Source: the human T2T-CHM13v2.0 reference genome, Homo sapiens
Assembly: GCF_009914755.1 (NCBI RefSeq)
Contig: NC_060948.1
DNA length: 64,000 nucleotides
Reading direction: 5' to 3' (one strand)
A model generated the notes under the pieces. The model saw only the letters and a program-made list of their open reading frames with translations, did no database searches and was not told the DNA's origin. Position 1 is the first letter of the stretch, and every line of letters begins with the position of its first letter. Shown in pieces: positions 10,895 through 25,173 of this stretch. The position numbers were made by a program, and so were the translations under genes.

Positions 10895-13800
10895 AGGCCT
10901 GGAATAAAGTGGAATGCTACGGTCTCAAATGGAATAAAAATGTATGGAATGGAATGCAATGAAACGGAATCGAATGTCATAGAATGTAATGGAATGCAAA
11001 AAAATGGAATCCAAAATCATTGACTGGAAAGGCTGGGTGTCGAAAGGAATTGACTCCAATGGTATGGAATCGAATGGAATGGAAGTGAATAGAATCGAAC
11101 TAAATCGAATGGAATGGAATTGATAGGAACGGAATGGAAAGGAATGCAATGAATTGGCATGGAATGGAATCGAATGGCATCGAATGCAATGGAATGGAAT
11201 GCAATGGAATGGAATGTATTAGAATGTAATGAACTTTAATGGAATGTACTCGAATGGATTCGACTGGAATGGAATGTTCTGGAAGTGAATGGACTCCAAT
11301 GGAATGGATTCAAAAGGAATGGAATCGTACGGAATGGAATCTAATGGAATGGAATTAAATGGAAATGAATCAAATTGAATAGCACGGAATTGAATTGAAT
11401 GGAATGGAATGCAATGGAATCTAATGAAACGGAAAGGAAAGGAATGGAATGGAATGGAATGGGCTGGAATGGAAAGGAATCGAAACGAATGGAATGGAAT
11501 CGAACTGAAGAGACTGGAATGGAATGCACTGGAATGGAAGGGAGTGTAATGGAAGGTTCTCGAAAAAAATGGAATCGAATGGAATGGAATTGAATGGAAC
11601 GGAATAGAGTCGAATGGAATTGAATGGAATGGAATGGACTAGAGTGAAATGGAATCGAACCACAAGGAATGGACAGGAATAGAATGGTCTCGAATTGAAT
11701 GGAATCGTATGGAATGGAATCAAACGGAATGGAATGGACAGCCACGGAATGGAATGCACTCGAATGCAATGGAGTCGAAACGTCGAAACTAATGGACTGG
11801 AATAGAATGGACTCGACTGGTACGGACTCCAATGGAATGGAATCGAATGGAAGGGAATCGAACGGAATGGACTCGAAGGGAAAAGACTGCAATGGAAAGG
11901 TCTCGAATGGAATGGAAATTAATGGAATGGAATGGAATCGAATGAAATGGAGTCAAAAGGAATGGAATCGAATGGCAAGAAATCGAATGTAATGGAATCG
12001 CAAGGAATTGATGTGAACGGAACGGAATGGAATGGAATCCAAAGGAATGGAATAGAATGGAATGGAATCGAATGGAAAGGACTCGAATGGAAATCACTCG
12101 AATAGAATGCAATTTAATAAAATAGGATCAAATGTAATGGAATGGAATGGAAAGGAATCGAAACGAAAGGAATGGAGACAGATGGAATGGAATGGAACAG
12201 AGAGCAATGGTATAGAATGGAATGGAATCTTCTGGAATGGAATTGAATGGAATGGAATAATATGAAATGGAATGGAATGGAATGGAATGGAATGTCCTTG
12301 AATTAAATGGACTGGAATGGAATGGACTCGAACAGAGTGGAATGGAAAGTGTTGAGATAGAATGCAATGGACTCCTTTGGAATGGTGTAGTATGCAATGC
12401 AATCGACTGGCAGGGAATCAAAAGGAATGTAATGGAATGGATTGGACTGGAATGCAATGGACTCGAATAGATTGGAAACGGAATGCAAAGGAATGGAATG
12501 GAATAGTATGGAATGGAATGGAAAGGAATGGAGTGGAATAGACTAGAGTGGAATGGAATGGACTGGAAAGCAATGGACTGGAATGGAACTTTCTTGAATG
12601 GACTGGAATCAAACGGAATGGAATGCAATGCAATCAAATGGCATGGAATAAAATAGAATGAAAGAGAATCAAATGGAATTGAATCGAATGGAATCGAATG
12701 GATTGGAAAGGAATAGAATGGAATGGAATGGAATTGACTCAAATGGAATGGACTAGAATGGAATGGATTCGAATGGAAGGCAAAGGAATGGAATCTATTG
12801 GAATGGACTGTAATGGAATGGAATGGAAGGGATTGGAATGGACTCGAATGGAATGGACTGCAATAGAAAGGATTCGAATGGAATGAAAAAGAATTGAATG
12901 GAATAGAACAGAATGGAATCAAATCGAATGAAATGGAATGGAATAGAAAGGAATGGAATGAAATGGAATGGAAAGGATTCGAATGGAATGCAATCGAATG
13001 GAATGGAATCGAACGGAATGGAATAAAATGGAAGAAAACTGGCAAGAAATGGAATCGAAATGAATGGAGTGTTATGGAACGGACTCAAAAGGAATTGAAT
13101 GTAATAGAATGGAGTGGAGTGGACTCGAATATAATGGACTGGAATGGAATGAAATCACAAGGAATGGGAACGAATGGAATGGAATGGAAAGGAATGGAAT
13201 CGAATGGAAAGGAATCGAATGGAAGGGAATGAAATTGAATTAACAGGAATGGAAGGGAATAGAATAGACGGTAATGGAATGGACTCGAATAGAATGGACA
13301 CGAATGCTCAAATTGAATGGACTCGAATGGAATGGAAACGAAAGGAATGTCATCGAATGGAATTGAATGGATTGGAATGAAATCGCATAGAATGGAGTGG
13401 AATCAAATGGAATTGAATCGAAAGGAAAGGAAGCGAATGGACTGAAATGAAATGGAATGGAATTGAATGGAAAGTAATGCAATGGAATAGAATGGAACGA
13501 AATTTCACGGAATGGAATCAAACTGAATGGAATCAAATCAATGGAATCAAATCAAATGGAATGGAAAGGAATTGAATGGAGTAGATTGGATTGGATGGGA
13601 TTGGAATGAAATGTACTGGAAAGGACTCGAATTTCATGAAACGGAATGGAATGAATTGGAACGGAATGGACTCGAATGGAATGGAATGTCATGGAATGGC
13701 ATCAAATGGAATGGCATCAAATGGAATGGAATCGAATGCAATGGAATGCTATGGAATGGAATGGAATGCATTGGAATGGAATGTCCTGTAATGGAATGGA

Positions 13801-14476
13801 TTCGAGTGGAATGGAATCGAATATAATGGAGTCGAATGAAATGGAATTGAAAGGAATGGGATCGAATACAATGGAATATACTGGAATGTAATGTAATGAA
13901 CTCGAATGTAATTGACTGGAATGGAATGTACATGAATGGAATGTAATCGAATGGAAAGTAATCCAATGGAATAGAATCTAATGCAATAAAATCGACTCAG
14001 ATAGAGTAGAATGTAATGGAATGGAGTGCAGTGCAATGGAATGGAATGGAATGGAATGCAATGGAATGGAATGGAATGGAATGGAATGGAATGGAATGGA
14101 ATGGGATGGAATGGGATGGAATGGGATGGAATGGATAGTAATGGACTGGAGTGAAATGCACTGGAAAGGAATGGACTCAAATTGATAGGGCTCGAAAGGA
14201 ATGGAGTCAAATGGAATGGTCTGGAATGGAATGAACACGAATGTAATGCAATCCAATAGAATGGAATCGAATGGCATGGAATATAAAGAAATGGAATCGA
14301 AGAGAATGGAAACAAATGGAATGGAATTGAATGGAATGGAATTGAATGGAATGGGAACGAATGGAGTGAAATTGTATGCAGTAGAAGGGAATAGAATGGA
14401 ATGCAAGCGAAAGGAAAGGAATGGATTGGAATGGAATGGAATTCATTGGAATGGAAGGGAATGTAGTGTAATGGAC
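10895..14476 (+). repeat. DYZ1 unit U4, 3582 bp
   Basis: AGGCCT 10895 to 14477; 8-bp duplication at 11774-11789 and +5 in the tail tract. Confidence 0.92.
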
Positions 14477-17400
14477 AGGCCTGGAATAAAGTGGAATGCT
14501 ACGGTCTCGAATGGAATAAAAATGTATGGAATGGAATGCAATGAAACGGAATCGAATGTCATAGAATGTAATGGAATGCAAAAAAATGGAATCCAAAATC
14601 ATTGACTGGAAAGGCTGGGTGTCGAAAGGAATTGACTCCAATGGAATGGAATCGAATGGAATGGAAGTGAATAGAATCGAACTAAATCGAATGGAATGGA
14701 ATTGATAGGAACGGAATGGAAAGGAATGCAATGAATTGGCATGGAATGGAATCGAATGGCATCGAATGGAATGGAATGGAATGCAATGGAATGGAATGTA
14801 TTAGAATGTAATGAACTTTAATGGAATGTACTCGAATGGATTCGACTGGAATGGAATGTTCTGGAAGTGAATGGACTCCAATGGAATGGATTCAAAAGGA
14901 ATGGAATCGTACGGAATGGAATCTAATGGAATGGAATTAAATGGAAATGAATCAAATTGAATAGCACGGAATTGAATTGAATGGAATGGAATGCAATGGA
15001 ATCTAATGAAACGGAAAGGAAAGGAATGGAATGGAATGGAATGGGCTGGAATGGAAAGGAATCGAAACGAATGGAATGGAATCGAACTGAAGAGACTGGA
15101 ATGGAATGCACTGGAATGGAAGGGAGTGTAATGGAAGGTTCTCGAAAAAAATGGAATCGAATGGAATGGAATTGAATGGAACGGAATAGAGTCGAATGGA
15201 ATTGAATGGAATGGAATGGACTAGAGTGAAATGGAATCGAACCACAAGGAATGGACAGGAATAGAATGGTCTCGAATTGAATGGAATCGTATGGAATGGC
15301 ATCAAACGGAATGGAATGGACAGCCACGGAATGGAATGCACTCGAATGCAATGGAGTCGAAACTAATGGACTGGAATAGAATGGACTCGACTGGTACGGA
15401 CTCCAATGGAATGGAATCGAATGGAAGGGAATCGAACGGAATGGACTCGAAGGGAAAAGACTGCAATGGAAAGGTCTCGAATGGAATGGAAATTAATGGA
15501 ATGGAATGGAATCGAATGAAATGGAGTCAAAAGGAATGGAATCGAATGGCAAGAAATCGAATGTAATGGAATCGCAAGGAATTGATGTGAACGGAACGGA
15601 ATGGAATGGAATCCAAAGGAATGGAATAGAATGGAATGGAATCGAATGGAAAGGACTCGAATGGAAATCACTCGAATAGAATGCAATTTAATAAAATAGG
15701 ATCAAATGTAATGGAATGGAATGGAAAGGAATCGAAACGAAAGGAATGGAGACAGATGGAATGGAATGGAACAGAGAGCAATGGTATAGAATGGAATGGA
15801 ATCTTCTGGAATGGAATTGAATGGAATGGAATAATATGAAATGGAATGGAATGGAATGGAATGGAATGTCCTTGAATTAAATGGACTGGAATGGAATGGA
15901 CTCGAACAGAGTGGAATGGAAAGTGTTGAGATAGAATGCAATGGACTCCTTTGGAATGGTGTAGTATGCAATGCAATCGACTGGCAGGGAATCAAAAGGA
16001 ATGTAATGGAATGGATTGGACTGGAATGCAATGGACTCGAATAGATTGGAAACGGAATGCAAAGGAATGGAATGGAATAGTATGGAATGGAATGGAAAGG
16101 AATGGAGTGGAATAGACTAGAGTGGAATGGAATGGACTGGAAAGCAATGGACTGGAATGGAACTTTCTTGAATGGACTGGAATCAAACGGAATGGAATGC
16201 AATGCAATCAAATGGCATGGAATAAAATAGAATGAAAGAGAATCAAATGGAATTGAATCGAATGGAATCGAATGGATTGGAAAGGAATAGAATGGAATGG
16301 AATGGAATTGACTCAAATGGAATGGACTAGAATGGAATGGATTCGAATGGAAGGCAAAGGAATGGAATCTATTGGAATGGACTGTAATGGAATGGAATGG
16401 AAGGGATTGGAATGGACTCGAATGGAATGGACTGCAATAGAAAGGATTCGAATGGAATGAAAAAGAATTGAATGGAATAGAACAGAATGGAATCAAATCG
16501 AATGAAATGGAATGGAATAGAAAGGAATGGAATGAAATGGAATGGAAAGGATTCGAATGGAATGCAATCGAATGGAATGGAATCGAACGGAATGGAATAA
16601 AATGGAAGAAAACTGGCAAGAAATGGAATCGAAATGAATGGAGTGTTATGGAACGGACTCAAAAGGAATTGAATGTAATAGAATGGAGTGGAGTGGACTC
16701 GAATATAATGGACTGGAATGGAATGAAATCACAAGGAATGGGAACGAATGGAATGGAATGGAAAGGAATGGAATCGAATGGAAAGGAATCGAATGGAAGG
16801 GAATGAAATTGAATTAACAGGAATGGAAGGGAATAGAATAGACGGTAATGGAATGGACTCGAATAGAATGGACACGAATGCTCAAATTGAATGGACTCGA
16901 ATGGAATGGAAACGAAAGGAATGTCATCGAATGGAATTGAATGGATTGGAATGAAATCGCATAGAATGGAGTGGAATCAAATGGAATTGAATCGAAAGGA
17001 AAGGAAGCGAATGGACTGAAATGAAATGGAATGGAATTGAATGGAAAGTAATGCAATGGAATAGAATGGAACGAAATTTCACGGAATGGAATCAAACTGA
17101 ATGGAATCAAATCAATGGAATCAAATCAAATGGAATGGAAAGGAATTGAATGGAGTAGATTGGATTGGATGGGATTGGAATGAAATGTACTGGAAAGGAC
17201 TCGAATTTCATGAAACGGAATGGAATGAATTGGAACGGAATGGACTCGAATGGAATGGAATGTCATGGAATGGCATCAAATGGAATGGCATCAAATGGAA
17301 TGGAATCGAATGCAATGGAATGCTATGGAATGGAATGGAATGCATTGGAATGGAATGTCCTGTAATGGAATGGATTCGAGTGGAATGGAATCGAATATAA

Positions 17401-18035
17401 TGGAGTCGAATGAAATGGAATTGAAAGGAATGGGATCGAATACAATGGAATATACTGGAATGTAATGTAATGAACTCGAATGTAATTGACTGGAATGGAA
17501 TGTACATGAATGGAATGTAATCGAATGGAAAGTAATCCAATGGAATAGAATCTAATGCAATAAAATCGACTCAGATAGAGTAGAATGTAATGGAATGGAG
17601 TGCAGTGCAATGGAATGGAATGGAATGGAATGCAATGGAATGGAATGGAATGGAATGGAATGGGATGGAATGGGATGGAATGGGATGGAATGGATAGTAA
17701 TGGACTGGAGTGAAATGCACTGGAAAGGAATGGACTCAAATTGATAGGGCTCGAAAGGAATGGAGTCAAATGGAATGGTCTGGAATGGAATGAACACGAA
17801 TGTAATGCAATCCAATAGAATGGAATCGAATGGCATGGAATATAAAGAAATGGAATCGAAGAGAATGGAAACAAATGGAATGGAATTGAATGGAATGGAA
17901 TTGAATGGAATGGGAACGAATGGAGTGAAATTGTATGCAGTAGAAGGGAATAGAATGGAATGCAAGCGAAAGGAAAGGAATGGATTGGAATGGAATGGAA
18001 TTCATTGGAATGGAAGGGAATGTAGTGTAATGGAC
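14477..18035 (+). repeat. DYZ1 unit U5, 3559 bp
   Basis: AGGCCT 14477 to 18036; -10 in the tail tract. Confidence 0.92.
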
Positions 18036-21000
18036 AGGCCTGGAATAAAGTGGAATGCTACGGTCTCGAATGGAATAAAAATGTATGGAATGGAATGCAA
18101 TGAAACGGAATCGAATGTCATAGAATGTAATGGAATGCAAAAAAATGGAATCCAAAATCATTGACTGGAAAGGCTGGGTGTCGAAAGGAATTGACTCCAA
18201 TGGAATGGAATCGAATGGAATGGAAGTGAATAGAATCGAACTAAATCGAATGGAATGGAATTGATAGGAACGGAATGGAAAGGAATGCAATGAATTGGCA
18301 TGGAATGGAATCGAATGGCATCGAATGGAATGGAATGGAATGCAATGGAATGGAATGTATTAGAATGTAATGAACTTTAATGGAATGTACTCGAATGGAT
18401 TCGACTGGAATGGAATGTTCTGGAAGTGAATGGACTCCAATGGAATGGATTCAAAAGGAATGGAATCGTACGGAATGGAATCTAATGGAATGGAATTAAA
18501 TGGAAATGAATCAAATTGAATAGCACGGAATTGAATTGAATGGAATGGAATGCAATGGAATCTAATGAAACGGAAAGGAAAGGAATGGAATGGAATGGAA
18601 TGGGCTGGAATGGAAAGGAATCGAAACGAATGGAATGGAATCGAACTGAAGAGACTGGAATGGAATGCACTGGAATGGAAGGGAGTGTAATGGAAGGTTC
18701 TCGAAAAAAATGGAATCGAATGGAATGGAATTGAATGGAACGGAATAGAGTCGAATGGAATTGAATGGAATGGAATGGACTAGAGTGAAATGGAATCGAA
18801 CCACAAGGAATGGACAGGAATAGAATGGTCTCGAATTGAATGGAATCGTATGGAATGGCATCAAACGGAATGGAATGGACAGCCACGGAATGGAATGCAC
18901 TCGAATGCAATGGAGTCGAAACTAATGGACTGGAATAGAATGGACTCGACTGGTACGGACTCCAATGGAATGGAATCGAATGGAAGGGAATCGAACGGAA
19001 TGGACTCGAAGGGAAAAGACTGCAATGGAAAGGTCTCGAATGGAATGGAAATTAATGGAATGGAATGGAATCGAATGAAATGGAGTCAAAAGGAATGGAA
19101 TCGAATGGCAAGAAATCGAATGTAATGGAATCGCAAGGAATTGATGTGAACGGAACGGAATGGAATGGAATCCAAAGGAATGGAATAGAATGGAATGGAA
19201 TCGAATGGAAAGGACTCGAATGGAAATCACTCGAATAGAATGCAATTTAATAAAATAGGATCAAATGTAATGGAATGGAATGGAAAGGAATCGAAACGAA
19301 AGGAATGGAGACAGATGGAATGGAATGGAACAGAGTGCAATGGTATAGAATGGAATGGAATCATCTGGAATGGAATTGAATGGAATGGAATAATATGAAA
19401 TGGAATGGAATGGAATGGAATGGAATGCCCTTGAATTAAATGGACTGGAATGGAATGGACTCGAACAGAGTGGAATGGAAAGTGTTGAGATAGAATGGAA
19501 TGGACTCCTTTGGAATGGTGTAGTATGCAATGCAATCGACTGGCAGGGAATCAAAAGGAATGTAATGGAATGGATTGGACTGGAATGCAATGGACTCGAA
19601 TAGATTGGAAACGGAATGCAAAGGAATGGAATGGAATAGTATGGAATGGAATGGAAAGGAATGGAGTGGAATAGACTAGAGTGGAATGGAATGGACTGGA
19701 AAGCAATGGACTGGAATGGAACTTTCTTGAATGGACTGGAATCAAACGGAATGGAATGCAATGCAATCAAATGGCATGGAATAAAATAGAATGAAAGAGA
19801 ATCAAATGGAATTGAATCGAATGGAATCGAATGGATTGGAAAGGAATAGAATGGAATGGAATGGAATTGACTCAAATGGAATGGACTAGAATGGAATGGA
19901 TTCGAATGGAAGGCAAAGGAATGGAATCTATTGGAATGGACTGTAATGGAATGGAATGGAAGGGATTGGAATGGACTCGAATGGAATGGACTGCAATAGA
20001 AAGGATTCGAATGGAATGAAAAAGAATTGAATGGAATAGAACAGAATGGAATCAAATCGAATGAAATGGAATGGAATAGAAAGGAATGGAATGAAATGGA
20101 ATGGAAAGGATTCGAATGGAATGCAATCGAATGGAATGGAATCGAACGGAATGGAATAAAATGGAAGAAAACTGGCAAGAAATGGAATCGAAATGAATGG
20201 AGTGTTATGGAACGGACTCAAAAGGAATTGAATGTAATAGAATGGAGTGGAGTGGACTCGAATATAATGGACTGGAATGGAATGAAATCACATGGAATGG
20301 GAACGAATGGAATGGAATGGAAAGGAATGGAATCGAATGGAAAGGAATCGAATGGAAGGGAATGAAATTGAATCAACAGGAATGGAAGGGAATAGAATAG
20401 ACGGTAATGGAATGGACTCGAATAGAATGGACACGAATGCTCAAATTGAATGGACTCGAATGGAATGGAAACGAAAGGAATGTCATCGAATGGAATTGAA
20501 TGGATTGGAATGAAATCGCATAGAATGGAGTGGAATCAAATGGAATTGAATCGAAAGGAAAGGAAGCGAATGGACTGAAATGAAATGGAATGGAATTGAA
20601 TGGAAAGTAATGCAATGGAATAGAATGGAACGAAATTTCACGGAATGGAATCAAACTGAATGGAATCAAATCAATGGAATCAAATCAAATGGAATGGAAA
20701 GGAATTGAATGGAGTAGATTGGATTGGATGGGATTGGAATGAAATGTACTGGAAAGGACTCGAATTTCATGAAACGGAATGGAATGAATTGGAACGGAAT
20801 GGACTCGAATGGAATGGAATGTCATGGAATGGCATCAAATGGAATGGCATCAAATGGAATGGAATCGAATGCAATGGAATGCTATGGAATGGAATGGAAT
20901 GCATTGGAATGGAATGTCCTCTAATGGAATGGATTCGAGTGGAATGGAATCGAATATAATGGAGTCGAATGAAATGGAATTGAAAGGAGTGGGATCGAAT

Positions 21001-21604
21001 ACAATGGAATATACTGGAATGTAATGTAATGAACTCGAATGTAATTGACTGGAATGGAATGTACATGAATGGAATGTAATCGAATGGAAAGTAATCCAAT
21101 GGAATAGAATCTAATGCAATAAAACCGACTCAGATAGAGTAGAATGTAATGGAATGGAGTGCAGTGCAATGGAATGGAATGGAATGGAATGCAATGGAAT
21201 GGAATGGAATGGAATGGAATGGAATGCAATGGAATGGAATGGGATGGAATGGGATGGAATGGATAGTAATGGACTGGAGTGAAATGGACTGGAAAGGAAT
21301 GGACTCAAATTGAAAGGGCTCGAAAGGAATGGAGTCAAATGGAATGGTCTGGAATGGAATGAACACGAATGTAATGCAATCCAATAGAATGGAATCGAAT
21401 GGCATGGAATATAAAGAAATGGAATCGAAGAGAATGGAAACAAATGGAATGGAATTGAATGGAATGGAATTGAATGGAATGGGAACGAATGGAGTGAAAT
21501 TGTATGCAGTAGAAGGGAATAGAATGGAATGCAAGCGAAAGGAAAGGAATGGATTGGAATGGAATGGAATTCATTGGAATGGAAGGGAATGTAGTGTAAT
21601 GGAC
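18036..21604 (+). repeat. DYZ1 unit U6, 3569 bp
   Basis: AGGCCT 18036 to 21605. Confidence 0.92.
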
Positions 21605-24600
21605 AGGCCTGGAATAAAGTGGAATGCTACGGTCTCGAATGGAATAAAAATGTATGGAATGGAATGCAATGAAACGGAATCGAATGTCATAGAATGTAAT
21701 GGAATGCAAAAAAATGGAATCCAAAATCATTGACTGGAAAGGCTGGGTGTCGAAAGGAATTGACTCCAATGGAATGGAATCGAATGGAATGGAAGTGAAT
21801 AGAATCGAACTAAATCGAATGGAATGGAATTGATAGGAACGGAATGGAAAGGAATGCAATGAATTGGCATGGAATGGAATCGAATGGCATCGAATGGAAT
21901 GGAATGGAATGCAATGGAATGGAATGTATTAGAATGTAATGAACTTTAATGGAATGTACTCGAATGGATTCGACTGGAATGGAATGTTCTGGAAGTGAAT
22001 GGACTCCAATGGAATGGATTCAAAAGGAATGGAATCGTACGGAATGGAATCTAATGGAATGGAATTAAATGGAAATGAATCAAATTGAATAGCACGGAAT
22101 TGAATTGAATGGAATGGAATGCAATGGAATCTAATGAAACGGAAAGGAAAGGAATGGAATGGAATGGAATGGGCTGGAATGGAAAGGAATCGAAACGAAT
22201 GGAATGGAATCGAACTGAAGAGACTGGAATGGAATGCACTGGAATGGAAGGGAGTGTAATGGAAGGTTCTCGAAAAAAATGGAATCGAATGGAATGGAAT
22301 TGAATGGAACGGAATAGAGTCGAATGGAATTGAATGGAATGGAATGGACTAGAGTGAAATGGAATCGAACCACAAGGAATGGACAGGAATAGAATGGTCT
22401 CGAATTGAATGGAATCGTATGGAATGGCATCAAACGGAATGGAATGGACAGCCACGGAATGGAATGCACTCGAATGCAATGGAGTCGAAACTAATGGACT
22501 GGAATAGAATGGACTCGACTGGTACGGACTCCAATGGAATGGAATCGAATGGAAGGGAATCGAACGGAATGGACTCGAAGGGAAAAGACTGCAATGGAAA
22601 GGTCTCGAATGGAATGGAAATTAATGGAATGGAATGGAATCGAATGAAATGGAGTCAAAAGGAATGGAATCGAATGGCAAGAAATCGAATGTAATGGAAT
22701 CGCAAGGAATTGATGTGAACGGAACGGAATGGAATGGAATCCAAAGGAATGGAATAGAATGGAATGGAATCGAATGGAAAGGACTCGAATGGAAATCACT
22801 CGAATAGAATGCAATTTAATAAAATAGGATCAAATGTAATGGAATGGAATGGAAAGGAATCGAAACGAAAGGAATGGAGACAGATGGAATGGAATGGAAC
22901 AGAGTGCAATGGTATAGAATGGAATGGAATCATCTGGAATGGAATTGAATGGAATGGAATAATATGAAATGGAATGGAATGGAATGGAATGGAATGCCCT
23001 TGAATTAAATGGACTGGAATGGAATGGACTCGAACAGAGTGGAATGGAAAGTGTTGAGATAGAATGGAATGGACTCCTTTAGAATGGTGTAGTATGCAAT
23101 GCAATCGACTGGCAGGGAATCAAAAGGAATGTAATGGAATGGATTGGACTGGAATGCAATGGACTCGAATAGATTGGAAACGGAATGCAAAGGAATGGAA
23201 TGGAATAGTATGGAATGGAATGGAAAGGAATGGAGTGGAATAGACTAGAGTGGAATGGAATGGACTGGAAAGCAATGGACTGGAATGGAACTTTCTTGAA
23301 TGGACTGGAATCAAACGGAATGGAATGCAATGCAATCAAATGGCATGGAATAAAATAGAATGAAAGAGAATCAAATGGAATTGAATCGAATGGAATCGAA
23401 TGGATTGGAAAGGAATAGAATGGAATGGAATGGAATTGACTCAAATGGAATGGACTAGAATGGAATGGATTCGAATGGAAGGCAAAGGAATGGAATCTAT
23501 TGGAATGGACTGTAATGGAATGGAATGGAAGGGATTGGAATGGACTCGAATGGAATGGACTGCAATAGAAAGGATTCGAATGGAATGAAAAAGAATTGAA
23601 TGGAATAGAACAGAATGGAATCAAATCGAATGAAATGGAATGGAATAGAAAGGAATGGAATGAAATGGAATGGAAAGGATTCGAATGGAATGCAATCGAA
23701 TGGAATGGAATCGAACGGAATGGAATAAAATGGAAGAAAACTGGCAAGAAATGGAATCGAAATGAATGGAGTGTTATGGAACGGACTCAAAAGGAATTGA
23801 ATGTAATAGAATGGAGTGGAGTGGACTCGAATATAATGGACTGGAATGGAATGAAATCACATGGAATGGGAACGAATGGAATGGAATGGAAAGGAATGGA
23901 ATCGAATGGAAAGGAATCGAATGGAAGGGAATGAAATTGAATCAACAGGAATGGAAGGGAATAGAATAGACGGTAATGGAATGGACTCGAATAGAATGGA
24001 CACGAATGCTCAAATTGAATGGACTCGAATGGAATGGAAACGAAAGGAATGTCATCGAATGGAATTGAATGGATTGGAATGAAATCGCATAGAATGGAGT
24101 GGAATCAAATGGAATTGAATCGAAAGGAAAGGAAGCGAATGGACTGAAATGAAATGGAATGGAATTGAATGGAAAGTAATGCAATGGAATAGAATGGAAC
24201 GAAATTTCACGGAATGGAATCAAACTGAATGGAATCAAATCAATGGAATCAAATCAAATGGAATGGAAAGGAATTGAATGGAGTAGATTGGATTGGATGG
24301 GATTGGAATGAAATGTACTGGAAAGGACTCGAATTTCATGAAACGGAATGGAATGAATTGGAACGGAATGGACTCGAATGGAATGGAATGTCATGGAATG
24401 GCATCAAATGGAATGGCATCAAATGGAATGGAATCGAATGCAATGGAATGCTATGGAATGGAATGGAATGCATTGGAATGGAATGTCCTCTAATGGAATG
24501 GATTCGAGTGGAATGGAATCGAATATAATGGAGTCGAATGAAATGGAATTGAAAGGAGTGGGATCGAATACAATGGAATATACTGGAATGTAATGTAATG

Positions 24601-25173
24601 AACTCGAATGTAATTGACTGGAATGGAATGTACATGAATGGAATGTAATCGAATGGAAAGTAATCCAATGGAATAGAATCTAATGCAATAAAACCGACTC
24701 AGATAGAGTAGAATGTAATGGAATGGAGTGCAGTGCAATGGAATGGAATGGAATGGAATGCAATGGAATGGAATGGAATGGAATGGAATGGAATGCAATG
24801 GAATGGAATGGGATGGAATGGGATGGAATGGATAGTAATGGACTGGAGTGAAATGGACTGGAAAGGAATGGACTCAAATTGAAAGGGCTCGAAAGGAATG
24901 GAGTCAAATGGAATGGTCTGGAATGGAATGAACACGAATGTAATGCAATCCAATAGAATGGAATCGAATGGCATGGAATATAAAGAAATGGAATCGAAGA
25001 GAATGGAAACAAATGGAATGGAATTGAATGGAATGGAATTGAATGGAATGGGAACGAATGGAGTGAAATTGTATGCAGTAGAAGGGAATAGAATGGAATG
25101 CAAGCGAAAGGAAAGGAATGGATTGGAATGGAATGGAATTCATTGGAATGGAAGGGAATGTAGTGTAATGGAC
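21605..25173 (+). repeat. DYZ1 unit U7, 3569 bp
   Basis: AGGCCT 21605 to 25174. Confidence 0.92.
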
